This document shows, piece by piece, positions 10,339 through 19,299 of a stretch of 64,000 nucleotides of DNA (its first letter is position 1; each line of letters opens with the position of its first letter). A model generated the notes under the pieces. It made no database searches. It was given only the letters and a program-made list of their open reading frames with translations, and was not told the DNA's origin. This stretch comes from a bacterium (GTDB lineage Bacteria; Elusimicrobiota; Elusimicrobia; UBA1565; UBA9628): contig JAJZAK010000008.1 in assembly GCA_021799485.1 (NCBI GenBank), forward strand, positions 5,569 through 69,568, in the 5' to 3' direction. The translations under genes were made by a program, and so were the position numbers.

Positions 10339-10743
10339 ATGCCCCAGATTTTCAGTCATTTGATGGCCACCGGGCGGCGCAAGACCTCCATCGCCCAAGT
10401 GCGTCTCGTGTCCGGAGGCAAGGGCCAGGTCACGGTGAACAAGAAGTCTCTCGATGAATTCTTCGGAGGCCAGGACCGTCAAAAGGCCTCCGTGACCGAG
10501 CCGCTCAAGCTCGTCGAGGGCTCGCAGAAGTTCGATTTCATTCTCAAGATCGTCGGCGGCGGGATCACCGGCCAAGCGGAAGCCGCGCGTCTCGCCATCG
10601 CCAAGGCCATGGTCAAGCTGGACTCCAAGAACCGCAAGATCATGCGGGCGCACGGCTTTCTCACGCGCGACCCGCGCATGGTCGAGCGCAAAAAGAGCGG
10701 CCAGCCCAAGGCGCGCAAGCGCTTCCAATACTCGAAGCGCTGA
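10339..10743 (+). CDS. rpsI: 30S ribosomal protein S9
   Basis: GGGITGQAEAARLAIAKA and a C-terminal ...KRFQYSKR typical of S9. Immediately follows rplM. Confidence 0.9.
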   Translation: MPQIFSHLMATGRRKTSIAQVRLVSGGKGQVTVNKKSLDEFFGGQDRQKASVTEPLKLVEGSQKFDFILKIVGGGITGQAEAARLAIAKAMVKLDSKNRKIMRAHGFLTRDPRMVERKKSGQPKARKRFQYSKR

Positions 10744-10761
10744 TTCTCGCCGGAGCGCCCC

Positions 10762-11061
10762 GTGGAAAAGATCAAGATCCGGGGCTTGGCTCTTCTCCTG
10801 GCGAACCTCTTTATCGCCTGGGGCGTCCTCGTCGGGGCCAAGTCGCTCTACGATCTTTTCGCGGGAGAGCCGGAGGCGAACGCCTATTCGGTCAAGCCTT
10901 GGACCTTCGTCACGCGCGATCAATGGATGCGCTACGGGGGCTTCGAGCTCGCCTACGCCCTTTCCTGCCTGGGTCTGGGCGCCGCCTGCCGCCGCTACTC
11001 CCGCTTTCTCCCCGAAACGATCGAGCGGCCCAAGCCCCCGGCGCCTGATTTCTTCCGTTGA
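10762..11061 (+). CDS. hypothetical small membrane protein
   Basis: 99 aa with two hydrophobic helices. Confidence 0.35.
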   Translation: MEKIKIRGLALLLANLFIAWGVLVGAKSLYDLFAGEPEANAYSVKPWTFVTRDQWMRYGGFELAYALSCLGLGAACRRYSRFLPETIERPKPPAPDFFR

Positions 11062-11657
11062 AAGCCCTTCTCTTTTTAGACAGAAAATCTTCGAGGCGCG
11101 GCGGAGCCCTGCTGCGCGCGGTCGAGGAGGAACTGGGCGGCGCCGCCGAGGAACTGCGCGCCTATTTCGCCAGTTCCTCCCCCGACAGGGCCCTGAAGGC
11201 GGCCGGCCGCCTCGAGACGGCTCAAAGGAGGCTTGAAAGCGCCTCGAAATCGGCCGGGGATTCCATCGGACCCTCGGGCCTTCTCGCCCTGGAGCGCCTC
11301 CGCTCCGCATTCGATTCCTTGCGCTGGGCGGTCAAGGAGAACTCCTACTGGCGGCTGCCCCACGACCGCTCCGCGGGACGCGCGGCGTCCCATCTCGATG
11401 ACGCTCTGGGCAAACTGCGCCGAGCTCTCGCGGCCAGCTCGGCCGCCAAGCGCGAGCCCCTGCTTCTCGAGTCGCGCCGCTCGGTCCGGGCTCTGGCGCG
11501 CGTGCTGCGGGAGGGGCAGGAAAGGCTTTGGAAAGGGGACGCCCCCTTCATCCAGGGTCTTGAGCGGGGCGAGGTGCTGCGCCTGCTTCTTGAGGCGGCG
11601 GCGGCCCTCGACGAGGCCGTCGAGGGCTTTCTCCTTGAATCGGAGGGCTTGCGGTGA
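11058..11657 (+). CDS. hypothetical protein (Ala/Leu/Arg-rich, helical)
   Basis: 199-aa ORF that overlaps its neighbours by 4 bp in an operon-like arrangement. Confidence 0.35.
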   Translation: MKALLFLDRKSSRRGGALLRAVEEELGGAAEELRAYFASSSPDRALKAAGRLETAQRRLESASKSAGDSIGPSGLLALERLRSAFDSLRWAVKENSYWRLPHDRSAGRAASHLDDALGKLRRALAASSAAKREPLLLESRRSVRALARVLREGQERLWKGDAPFIQGLERGEVLRLLLEAAAALDEAVEGFLLESEGLR

Positions 11658-12250
11658 GCTCCAAGGGATTCATCGGCAAAATGACCGGGCGAATCAAGAA
11701 GTCCCTCATCCTTCTCGCCGCCTGGGCGGCGTTTTTCAGCTTCGCGACGCTTGCGAGGCTCTCGGTGGGTTTCGGCTTCGACGGAACCCTCGTGCAATCC
11801 GCGGCGGCCTTCTCCAAAGCCGCCGCGGTCGCGCCCGCGTGCTCAAGCGGTTTCTGGGCCGAGGTCAACCGCTCCTACGACCTCGAGCGCGTGAAAATAG
11901 TCCCTTACGCCCTCGCCTGGCTTTTCCGGCTCATGGGCTTTCGCGTCGAGGTCGTAAGCCCCCGTCCCGAACAGGGTTCGGAGCACCTCGTCAAGGACTG
12001 GCGCTATCTGCTTGCTCCGGGGCGCTTTGTCCTGGCCGGTTCCCTCGCGGGGCTTCTCGACAAGCTTAAAATGGGGCGCTTCGTCCTTTTCTTTTCCAGC
12101 TCGGCGTGGGAATTGAGCGCCGCCCGGGAAGCCGGCGTGCGCCCCCTGCGCATTCTACGGGATGGCGGCCCGCCGCCATGCCCCGAAGGCTCCGGACCGG
12201 AGCCGAACATCGCGGCGGAAACCTTGTGGGTTCCCTTGTCTCAATATTGA
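11654..12250 (+). CDS. hypothetical membrane-anchored protein with a degenerate HAD-like motif
   Basis: N-terminal TM helix. GFGFDGTL resembles HAD motif I (DxDGT) but the first Asp is replaced. Confidence 0.35.
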   Translation: MSSKGFIGKMTGRIKKSLILLAAWAAFFSFATLARLSVGFGFDGTLVQSAAAFSKAAAVAPACSSGFWAEVNRSYDLERVKIVPYALAWLFRLMGFRVEVVSPRPEQGSEHLVKDWRYLLAPGRFVLAGSLAGLLDKLKMGRFVLFFSSSAWELSAAREAGVRPLRILRDGGPPPCPEGSGPEPNIAAETLWVPLSQY

Positions 12251-12352
12251 CCCGTTTCCCCGCCATTCGCTAAAATCGACCGCATCGGCCATGTGCAAGA
12301 GGGCAGCCCGTCGTCGGAACGAACGGATGTGGCCAATTTGGCCATCGCCACG

Positions 12353-13141
12353 ATGAACCCTCAACGCCTCCCCCTCATCGCCGCCAACTGGAAAATGCAT
12401 TTGGGATTGGCCGACGCGGCCAAACTCGCGCGCGAGATTCGAGAGGGCGTGGGCGCGGGGGATGCCGAGGCCGCTCTCTGCGTTCCCTTTACGGCCCTGG
12501 CCGTCGTGGCCGAGATTCTCAAGGGAAGCCCCGTCAGGCTCGGGGCGCAAAATCTTCATTGGGAGCCCCAAGGAGCCTTTACGGGAGAGATTTCGGCCGC
12601 CCAACTGGCCGACGCGGGGTGCCGCTACGTGATCGTGGGGCATAGCGAACGGCGCCGTCTTTTCGGCGAGACGAACGCCATCGTCGCGAAAAAGCTCGCC
12701 GCGGCGCTTGCCGCGGGCCTTCTGCCGATCCTCTGCGTGGGAGAAACCCTGGAGGAGCGCGAAAGCCAGAGGACGTGGGGGGTGCTCGCCGAGCAATTCC
12801 GCGCCGCCCTCAAGGACCTGCCGCCGGTCGAGGCGGCCGAGATCACGCTGGCCTACGAGCCCGTCTGGGCGATCGGGACCGGCAAAACCGCCTCCCCCTC
12901 CCAGGCCGAGGAAGCCCATGCTTTCATCCGCAAGCTTGCCTCCCAGGCCCACGGCGAGGGCTTCGCGTCGGCCCTGCGCATCCTTTATGGCGGCTCGGTC
13001 AAGGCCGACAACATCGACGCCCTCATGGCCCAGCCGGATGTCGACGGCGCCCTGGTCGGCGGGGAGAGCCTCAAGCCGATCTCTTTCCTCCGCATTGTCC
13101 ATTACAAGACCCTCGCGGACGCCGGAACACGGAGGCCCTGA
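12353..13141 (+). CDS. tpiA: triosephosphate isomerase. First gene of the BMC cluster
   Basis: NWKM (Lys), GHSERR (His) and AYEPVWAIGTG (Glu) catalytic motifs. Confidence 0.9.
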   Translation: MNPQRLPLIAANWKMHLGLADAAKLAREIREGVGAGDAEAALCVPFTALAVVAEILKGSPVRLGAQNLHWEPQGAFTGEISAAQLADAGCRYVIVGHSERRRLFGETNAIVAKKLAAALAAGLLPILCVGETLEERESQRTWGVLAEQFRAALKDLPPVEAAEITLAYEPVWAIGTGKTASPSQAEEAHAFIRKLASQAHGEGFASALRILYGGSVKADNIDALMAQPDVDGALVGGESLKPISFLRIVHYKTLADAGTRRP

Positions 13142-13779
13142 TGGACCAGGACCCCGAACTCGCCAGGCGCATCACCGCGGAAATCGTCTCGCGCATGGAG
13201 CGCTCGAAGACCGCGATCCCCGTCGGGGTTTCGAACCGCCACGTCCACTTCCGGCAGGAGGACTTCGACGTCCTCTTCGGCAAGGGCGCGGCGGTGCGTA
13301 AATTCAAGCAGGTCAAGCAGCCCGGCTTCTACGCCTGCTACGAGACCGTGGACATCGAGGGGCCCAAAGGCGCCATTAAAAACGTCCGCCTCGTGGCGCC
13401 CCACCGCTCCAAGACACAAATTGAGATTTCGCAGACCGACGCCCAGGCCCTGGGCCTGCGGCCTCCGATCCGCGACTCGGGGGATCTCGCGGGCTCCTCC
13501 CGCGTGCGCGTGATCGGCCCCAAGGGCTCTCTTGAGATCAAGGAAGGCCTCATCGTCGCGCGGCGCCACATCCATTTCCACCCGCTCGAGGCCAAGGCCA
13601 TGGGCATCCATGACGGCGAGAGCGTTCGCGTGCGCGCCGGGACGAAGGGGCCGCGCGAACTCGTCTTCGAGCAGGTGCTCTGCCGCGTCTCGGACAAGTT
13701 CAGCCTTGAGTTCCACGTCGACACCGACGAGGCCAACGCCGCCTGGATCCGGAGCGGCGACGAGGTCCGCATCGTCTGA
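13141..13779 (+). CDS. pduL: phosphate acyltransferase PduL (BMC-associated phosphotransacylase)
   Basis: Two PduL repeats with PVGVSNRHVHF and RRHIHFHP metal-site motifs. N-terminal amphipathic helix (ELARRITAEIVSRM). Confidence 0.85.
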   Translation: MDQDPELARRITAEIVSRMERSKTAIPVGVSNRHVHFRQEDFDVLFGKGAAVRKFKQVKQPGFYACYETVDIEGPKGAIKNVRLVAPHRSKTQIEISQTDAQALGLRPPIRDSGDLAGSSRVRVIGPKGSLEIKEGLIVARRHIHFHPLEAKAMGIHDGESVRVRAGTKGPRELVFEQVLCRVSDKFSLEFHVDTDEANAAWIRSGDEVRIV

Positions 13780-13816
13780 TTTCCATGTCGCAACAAGCTA
13801 AGCCAAGGAGATAACC

Positions 13817-14116
13817 ATGTACGCACTCGGCATGATCGAAACAAGAGGCCTCGTCGCCTGCGTCGAGGCCGCGGACGCCGCCGTCAAGGCCGCGGACGTG
13901 AGGCTTGTCGGCTACGAGAAGGTCGGAACGGGCCTCGTGACCATCCTCTTCCGGGGCGAGGTCGCGGCCTGCAAGGCTTCCTGCGACGCCGGCGCCGCCG
14001 CCGCGCAGAAAGTGGGAGAGCTCATCGCCGTCCATGTGATCCCGCAGCCTCACCCGGACCTCGAGGGGAAGATGCCCATTTCCCTTCCCGAGACCTTAAG
14101 CCGCAACAAGAGATAA
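13817..14116 (+). CDS. BMC shell protein, hexamer-forming (BMC-H, PduA/EutM family)
   Basis: [26 protein letters not shown]...VGYEKVG.GLVT...GEVAACKAS is the canonical BMC domain. Confidence 0.9.
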   Translation: MYALGMIETRGLVACVEAADAAVKAADVRLVGYEKVGTGLVTILFRGEVAACKASCDAGAAAAQKVGELIAVHVIPQPHPDLEGKMPISLPETLSRNKR

Positions 14117-14147
14117 CGGAACCGGCAACGGACCGTTTCTTCCTGCA

Positions 14148-14468
14148 ATGATCTTCGCGCGCGTGACGGGAACAGTCGTCTGCACCCTGAAAGACGAGAA
14201 GCTCGTGGGCTTCAAGCTTCTTCTCGTCCAGCCCGTCGACCTCAAAAATGAGCCCCGGGGCAACCCTCTGGTGGCGGTCGACACGGTGGGCGCGGGGGAG
14301 GGGGAACTCGTCCTCGTCGTCCAGGGCTCCTCCGCGCGCCAGACCGTCCGGACGCAGGAACGCCCCGTGGACGCCTCCATCTTCGCCATCATCGACTCGG
14401 TCGAGGAGGGAGGCCGGCGGGTCTTTGAGAAGGCCTCCGACGCCCAGCCGGCAAGGAACTCCCGTTGA
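14148..14468 (+). CDS. BMC vertex protein (BMC-P, EutN/PduN/CcmL family)
   Basis: MIFARVTGTVVCT...LLLVQP...VAVDTVGAG.GELVLVVQGSSAR matches the EutN/CcmL fold. Confidence 0.85.
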   Translation: MIFARVTGTVVCTLKDEKLVGFKLLLVQPVDLKNEPRGNPLVAVDTVGAGEGELVLVVQGSSARQTVRTQERPVDASIFAIIDSVEEGGRRVFEKASDAQPARNSR

Positions 14469-15910
14469 GCATGGCCCCGGAGGATCTGGCGAACGTCGTC
14501 GCGCAAGTCCTTGATCGCCTCAAGGCCCAGGGCACGATGAACCCCTCCTGGGGCGCGGCGGGGAACGCGGCTCGCGACTCCGACGTCGTCTTTCCAAGCG
14601 TCAATGACGCCGTCAAGGCCGCCCGCGCCGCCCAGGAGGAGTTCCAGCGCCTGGGCCTTGAGGCGCGGCGCAAGATTATCGACGCCATGCGAAAGGCCGC
14701 GATCGCCAACGCCGAGCGCCTGGCGCGTATGGCCGCCGAGGAGACGGGGATGGGACGCGCGGAGGACAAGGCCCAGAAAAACCTTCTCTGCGCCCTAAGG
14801 ACGCCCGGCGTCGAGGACCTGGAGTCCCGCGCTTACACGGGAGACAAGGGCCTCACCTTGGTCGAATACGCCCCCTTCGGGGTCGTCGCGGCCGTCACCC
14901 CCTCGACGAACCCCGGCGCGACCGTCATCAACAACTCGATTTCGATCCTCTCGGCTGGAAACGCCGTCGTCTTCTCGCCGCATCCGGCCGCGGCGAAATG
15001 CTCGACCGAGGCGATGCGGATCCTGAGCGCGGCCGCCGTCCAGGCCGGCGCGCCGCCCGACCTCATGGTCACGGTCTCCCCCGCGTCCCAGGAGACGACG
15101 AAGGCCCTTTTGGCCCACCCGGACGTGCGCGTGAATCTCGTGACCGGCGGCCCCGCCATCGTCAAGGTCGCGATGACGGTCGGCAAAACCTGCAAAACGA
15201 TCGCGGCGGGGCCGGGCAACCCCCCGGCGGTGGTGGACGAAACCGCGAATTTCCCGCAATGCGCCTCGGACATCATCTTCGGCGCCTCTTTCGACAACAA
15301 CGTCCTGTGCACCGCGGAGAAGGAGACGATCGTCGTCGAGCCCGCCTGGAGCCGGTTTCTGGAATGCATGCGCCGGGACGCGCGCGCCTTCGAGCTCTCC
15401 TCCGCCCAGCTTGACGCCTTGACGAAGCTTGTCATCGTCGAAGGGGGCCGCGGCTGCAAGGACCCCCGGCTCAACCGGGAGTACGTCGGCAAGGACGCCG
15501 CCTACATCGCGAAAGGAATAGGCCTTGCGGTCCCGCCGCAGACCAAGCTCCTCTGGGCCCAGGTCCCCAACGATCACCCGCTCGTCTGGACCGAGCAATT
15601 GATGCCGGTCATGCCCGTGACCAGGGTTCCCGACGTCGATTCCGCGATCGAACTCGCCTACGCGGCCGAGGGGGAGAACCACCACACGGCCTCCATGCAC
15701 TCGACCCATGTCGGCAATCTGACCCGCATGGGCCGGCGCATGCAGTGCTCGATTTACGTCAAGAACGCGCCGAACCTCTACGGGCTCGGCATGGGCGAGG
15801 GCTACGCCTCCATGTCGATCGGGACTCCGACGGGGGACGGGCTCACGAAAGCCATGCACTTCGCCCGGCCGCTCCACTGCAGCCTGGTCGGCTACTTCAG
15901 GATCGCCTAA
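14465..15910 (+). CDS. CoA-acylating aldehyde dehydrogenase (PduP/EutE type)
   Basis: Active-site region SFDNNVLCTAEKE matches the PduP catalytic-Cys motif. N-terminal helix NVVAQVLDRLKAQ resembles an encapsulation peptide. Confidence 0.9.
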   Translation: MSMAPEDLANVVAQVLDRLKAQGTMNPSWGAAGNAARDSDVVFPSVNDAVKAARAAQEEFQRLGLEARRKIIDAMRKAAIANAERLARMAAEETGMGRAEDKAQKNLLCALRTPGVEDLESRAYTGDKGLTLVEYAPFGVVAAVTPSTNPGATVINNSISILSAGNAVVFSPHPAAAKCSTEAMRILSAAAVQAGAPPDLMVTVSPASQETTKALLAHPDVRVNLVTGGPAIVKVAMTVGKTCKTIAAGPGNPPAVVDETANFPQCASDIIFGASFDNNVLCTAEKETIVVEPAWSRFLECMRRDARAFELSSAQLDALTKLVIVEGGRGCKDPRLNREYVGKDAAYIAKGIGLAVPPQTKLLWAQVPNDHPLVWTEQLMPVMPVTRVPDVDSAIELAYAAEGENHHTASMHSTHVGNLTRMGRRMQCSIYVKNAPNLYGLGMGEGYASMSIGTPTGDGLTKAMHFARPLHCSLVGYFRIA

Positions 15911-15930
15911 TCAATCACAAGGAACTTCCC

Positions 15931-16482
15931 ATGCAAGCTCAACTCGCCGTCGGACTTCTGGAGACCTCCTCGATCGCCAAGGGGATCGAGGCGTCGGACG
16001 CCATGTGCAAGATGGCCTCGGTGTCCCTCGTCAAGACAGCCGTCATCGCCCGCGGGAAATACACGATTCTCATCTCGGGTCCCGTGGGGGAAGTCGAAAG
16101 CTCGCTTCGCGCCGGCCGCGAAATCGCGGGCAAAACGAAGATCGACGAAGTCATCATCCGCAACGTCCATTCCCAGGTCCTGGAGGCCTTGGAGAAGCGC
16201 CGTCCCGTCGAAAGCCTCGGCGCCGTCGGGATCATCGAGACCAAGGAGGCGATCTCGACCGTCATGGCCGCGGACGCCGCCGCGAAGGCCGCGCGCGTCC
16301 ATCTCTTGGAGGTCAAGACCGTCGTGGGCGGCGGCAAGGGCTACGTCACGATGACGGCCGACGTGGGCGCCGTCCGGTCCGCCGTCGCGGCCGGGATTTC
16401 GATTTTGCCCGAGGGGATGCTCGTCTCCCACGTCGTCATCCCCCAGGCCCACGAGCAGCTGTTGAAGACCATCGCCCGATGA
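15931..16482 (+). CDS. tandem-BMC-domain shell protein (BMC-T, PduT-like)
   Basis: About 184 aa holding two BMC domains (LAVGLLETSSIAKGIEASDAM... and LGAVGIIETKEAISTVMAADAAAKAA...). Confidence 0.85.
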   Translation: MQAQLAVGLLETSSIAKGIEASDAMCKMASVSLVKTAVIARGKYTILISGPVGEVESSLRAGREIAGKTKIDEVIIRNVHSQVLEALEKRRPVESLGAVGIIETKEAISTVMAADAAAKAARVHLLEVKTVVGGGKGYVTMTADVGAVRSAVAAGISILPEGMLVSHVVIPQAHEQLLKTIAR

Positions 16483-16961
16483 AGATTGTCGTCGGGTCGG
16501 ACCACGGGGGTTTCGCCGCCAAGGAATTCGCCAAGAAGAGGCTCCAGGCCGCGGGCCACGAAGTGGCGGATTTCGGGTGCCACTCGCCCGAGGCCGTCGA
16601 CTTCCCCGACGTGGCCCTTTTGGTCGGAGAGGCCGTGGCCTCGGGCGAATTCGAGAAGGGAGTCCTTTTAGACGGATTCGGCGGGGCCGTGGCTCTCGCG
16701 GCCAATAAGGTTCCCGGCGTCCGGGCCGTCGCGGCCTATAACTCCGTCTCCGCGCGCTTCGCGGCGGCCCACGACAACGCGAACATCCTCTGTCTCGGCG
16801 GGAAGACCCACGGCGAGGCGGCCTGGGACGAGATGCTGGAGGTCTTTTTCAAGACGCCGTTCGAAGGCGGCCGCCATGAGCGCCGGATCGCCAAGATCTC
16901 CCAGATCGAGCATAAATATTCGCCGCTCGCGGCCGACTGCGGCTGCCGGGGAGGCGCATAA
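16479..16961 (+). CDS. rpiB: ribose-5-phosphate isomerase B family (RpiB/LacAB)
   Basis: MKIVVGSDHGGF, ANKVPGVRAV, AHDNANIL and FEGGRHERRI align with RpiB throughout. The position of the E. coli catalytic Cys (CGTG) reads DGFG here. Confidence 0.8.
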   Translation: MKIVVGSDHGGFAAKEFAKKRLQAAGHEVADFGCHSPEAVDFPDVALLVGEAVASGEFEKGVLLDGFGGAVALAANKVPGVRAVAAYNSVSARFAAAHDNANILCLGGKTHGEAAWDEMLEVFFKTPFEGGRHERRIAKISQIEHKYSPLAADCGCRGGA

Positions 16962-16962
16962 C

Positions 16963-17256
16963 GTGCGTCTCGCGCGGATTTTAGGACGAGTCTTCTGCAC
17001 GAGGCAGGAGCCGTCGATCGAGGGGAAAAAGCTCCTCCTGATCCAGCCTCTAAATTGGGAGGACGAGTCGCCGGCGGGCCCCGCCATCGTCGCCGCGGAC
17101 GCCGTCGGCGCCGGAGCGGCGGAAAAGGTCTTCTGGGTGGCCGCGCGCGAGGCGGCCGTCGCCTTCGAGGACGTTCCTCCCGTCGACGCGGCCGTCGTCG
17201 GGATCGTGGACGGCCGCCGCGTCAAGAATTTCAGGACCGCCGGAGGCGCGGGATAG
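16963..17256 (+). CDS. BMC vertex protein (BMC-P) paralog 2
   Basis: GTG start 1 nt after the rpiB stop, with GGAGG 9 nt upstream. VRLARILGRVFCT...LLLIQP...VAADAVGAG fits the EutN/CcmL pattern. Confidence 0.75.
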   Translation: MRLARILGRVFCTRQEPSIEGKKLLLIQPLNWEDESPAGPAIVAADAVGAGAAEKVFWVAAREAAVAFEDVPPVDAAVVGIVDGRRVKNFRTAGGAG

Positions 17257-17258
17257 CC

Positions 17259-17555
17259 GTGTTCATCGCGAGCGTCGTGGGAAACGTCTGGGGAACGCGC
17301 AAGCATCCTTCGATGGAAAAACGCCGGCTGCTTCTCGTCCAACCAATCGACCCCTTGACGGAAAAGCCGCTGGGCGCCGCCGTCATGGCGATCGACGGCG
17401 GCGTCGAATCGGGTCCCGGAAGCGTCGTCTTGGTCATGGACGAGGGCAACGGCGCACGGCAGATTTTGGGCGACCGGAGGGCTCCGGTCCGCACCGTCGT
17501 CTGCGGCATCGTCGACAGAGTCGTGTCGGGGGGGACAGCCAAGCGCTATGAGTGA
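17259..17555 (+). CDS. BMC vertex protein (BMC-P) paralog 3
   Basis: GTG start 2 nt after the previous stop. [13 protein letters not shown]...LLLVQP...[10 protein letters not shown] fits the EutN/CcmL pattern. Confidence 0.7.
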   Translation: MFIASVVGNVWGTRKHPSMEKRRLLLVQPIDPLTEKPLGAAVMAIDGGVESGPGSVVLVMDEGNGARQILGDRRAPVRTVVCGIVDRVVSGGTAKRYE

Positions 17556-18594
17556 GCCTGATATCAGAAAAATCGTCGAGGAGATCGTGGGCGTCCTCCA
17601 CAAGAGGGGCTATCTCGCCGGCCCAGATTCGGCATCCTCATCGAAGACCGATTGGCGAGACGGCGAGGGGTCGCTCAAGCCGCTGGAGAACGGCGCCCGG
17701 GCCACCGTCGGGACCGCCGGCAAGGTCTTCTCGGGCGATTGGCGCAAGACCCCGGCGGCGCCGTCGAGGGCCGTCTCTCCAACGGCCTCGTCGCCTTCCG
17801 GCGACGAGGATCACTCCGGATCCGACGCCTCCTGCCCTCACTGCGACAAAGTGTCGAGCTTGAGCGAAAAGGATTTGAAGGAATTGGGCCTCGACCGCAT
17901 CGCCGTCTGCAAGCCGGCGAAAAGCCGCTCTCCCATCGCGCGGCTCGTCGACCACACTCTCTTGAAGCCCAACGCGACCCAGGAGGAGATCGCGAAGCTC
18001 TGCGAGGAGGCCAAGACCTACTGCTTCGCCTCCGTCTGCATTCCTCCGAGCTATGTTCCGCTTTCCGCAAGGCTCCTGACGGGCAGCGGCGTCAAGGTCT
18101 GCACGGTGATCGGCTTTCCGCTCGGCTCCACCACCTCGACCGTCAAGGCCGTCGAGGCGCGCGACGCGATCGCGGGAGGCGCCGAGGAAATCGACATGGT
18201 GCTCAATATCGGCGCCTTGAAGTCCGGCAACGACGCCTTGGTCCTCTCCGATATCCGGGCCGTTCGGGAAGCGACGCGCGGACGCGTGCTCAAGGTGATT
18301 CTTGAAACCTCGCTTTTGTCCCAGGACGAGAAGGTTCGCGCCTGTCTCCTCTCGAAAAAGGCCGGCGCCGACTTCGTCAAGACCTCGACGGGCTTTGGCG
18401 GGGGCGGAGCGACCGTCGAGGATATCCGGCTCATGCGCGAGACCGTCGGCCCCTTGATGGGGGTCAAGGCCTCGGGCGGCATCCGGTCGGCCGACGCGGC
18501 CGAGGCCATGGTGCGCGCCGGGGCGACAAGGCTCGGAACCTCGGCAAGCGTCGCCATCGTCACCGGTTCGGAGCCGGCCTCGGGGAAATATTAG
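17548..18594 (+). CDS. deoC: deoxyribose-phosphate aldolase (DERA/DeoC, class I) with a 120-aa N-terminal extension
   Basis: DERA core [16 protein letters not shown]...CIPPSYV...[10 protein letters not shown]...KVILET...DFVKTSTGF (Schiff-base Lys). Preceded by an amphipathic helix ([18 protein letters not shown]) and a Ser/Pro/Gly-rich linker. Confidence 0.85.
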   Translation: MSEPDIRKIVEEIVGVLHKRGYLAGPDSASSSKTDWRDGEGSLKPLENGARATVGTAGKVFSGDWRKTPAAPSRAVSPTASSPSGDEDHSGSDASCPHCDKVSSLSEKDLKELGLDRIAVCKPAKSRSPIARLVDHTLLKPNATQEEIAKLCEEAKTYCFASVCIPPSYVPLSARLLTGSGVKVCTVIGFPLGSTTSTVKAVEARDAIAGGAEEIDMVLNIGALKSGNDALVLSDIRAVREATRGRVLKVILETSLLSQDEKVRACLLSKKAGADFVKTSTGFGGGGATVEDIRLMRETVGPLMGVKASGGIRSADAAEAMVRAGATRLGTSASVAIVTGSEPASGKY

Positions 18595-18616
18595 GGCTTG
18601 CGCCACGATCATATGA

Positions 18617-18943
18617 GTGATCACGATCATGTCCAAAAATAAGCCCGCCAAATTCAAGCTCACGATCGACTTCCAATGCGGCTCCTGCGGCGCCCTCATC
18701 CACCAGGCGCCTGGAACCTCGCCGGAAAAAACGGTCGCCCCCAAATTCTGCCCTCGATGCGGGGCGGGCATGGAGCGCTTCTGCCTCGCCTGCCGCAAGA
18801 AGGCGGACATGTTTTTCGAGGAGTGGTGGCCGGAGGACGATGAATGCGTGCGGACCTACAGCCCCGCCAAGCGCTGCGGCTCGTGCGGGGCGATCCTCGA
18901 GCAGGAGAAAAAGATGGACGAGGGCGATTGGAGCGAGGCATAA
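18617..18943 (+). CDS. small four-CxxC zinc-ribbon protein of unknown function inside the BMC locus
   Basis: CGSC, CPRC, CLAC and CGSC motifs; about 105 aa. The start may instead be at MSKNKP (18629). Confidence 0.5.
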   Translation: MITIMSKNKPAKFKLTIDFQCGSCGALIHQAPGTSPEKTVAPKFCPRCGAGMERFCLACRKKADMFFEEWWPEDDECVRTYSPAKRCGSCGAILEQEKKMDEGDWSEA

Positions 18944-18957
18944 AAAAGGAGGCTCTT

Positions 18958-19263
18958 ATGGCGGAAGTTTCCGTTCGTGAGGCCCTGGGGCTCGTCGAGA
19001 CCAAGGGCTTCGTCGGGATGATTGAGGCGTCGGACGCGATGGCCAAGGCGGCCAAGGTCCGGCTCCTGGGATACGAGAAGATCGGCTCGGGGCTCGTCAC
19101 CACCCTGTGCCGCGGAGAAGTCGGAGCGGTGCGGGCAGCCATCGACGCGGCCGCGGCCGCGGCCCAGAAAGTGGGCGAACTCGTCAGCGTCCATGTGATT
19201 CCTCGCCCGCACGACGATTTGGAGAAGTATCTCGACCAAATCTCGATCAAGATCGCGCGCTAA
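18958..19263 (+). CDS. BMC shell protein, hexamer-forming (BMC-H) paralog 2
   Basis: [25 protein letters not shown]...[11 protein letters not shown]...[13 protein letters not shown] is the canonical BMC domain. AAGGAGG RBS upstream. Confidence 0.9.
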   Translation: MAEVSVREALGLVETKGFVGMIEASDAMAKAAKVRLLGYEKIGSGLVTTLCRGEVGAVRAAIDAAAAAAQKVGELVSVHVIPRPHDDLEKYLDQISIKIAR

Positions 19264-19299
19264 GACGTCGTTGAGCGCAGGCGCCGCCCATTCATCGCG

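Noticed and set aside
10318-11310. 330-aa minus-strand ORF opposite rpsI and the downstream small genes
   Set aside because: Antisense to ribosomal protein S9. Composition artefact of high GC
12155-13102. 315-aa minus-strand ORF antisense to tpiA
   Set aside because: tpiA on the plus strand has all catalytic motifs. The antisense frame is featureless
14795-15877. 360-aa minus-strand ORF antisense to the aldehyde dehydrogenase
   Set aside because: It overlaps the strongly supported PduP-like gene. No motifs
17638-18810. 390-aa minus-strand ORF antisense to the DERA gene
   Set aside because: The DERA frame is supported by conserved aldolase motifs. The antisense frame is Arg/Gly-rich
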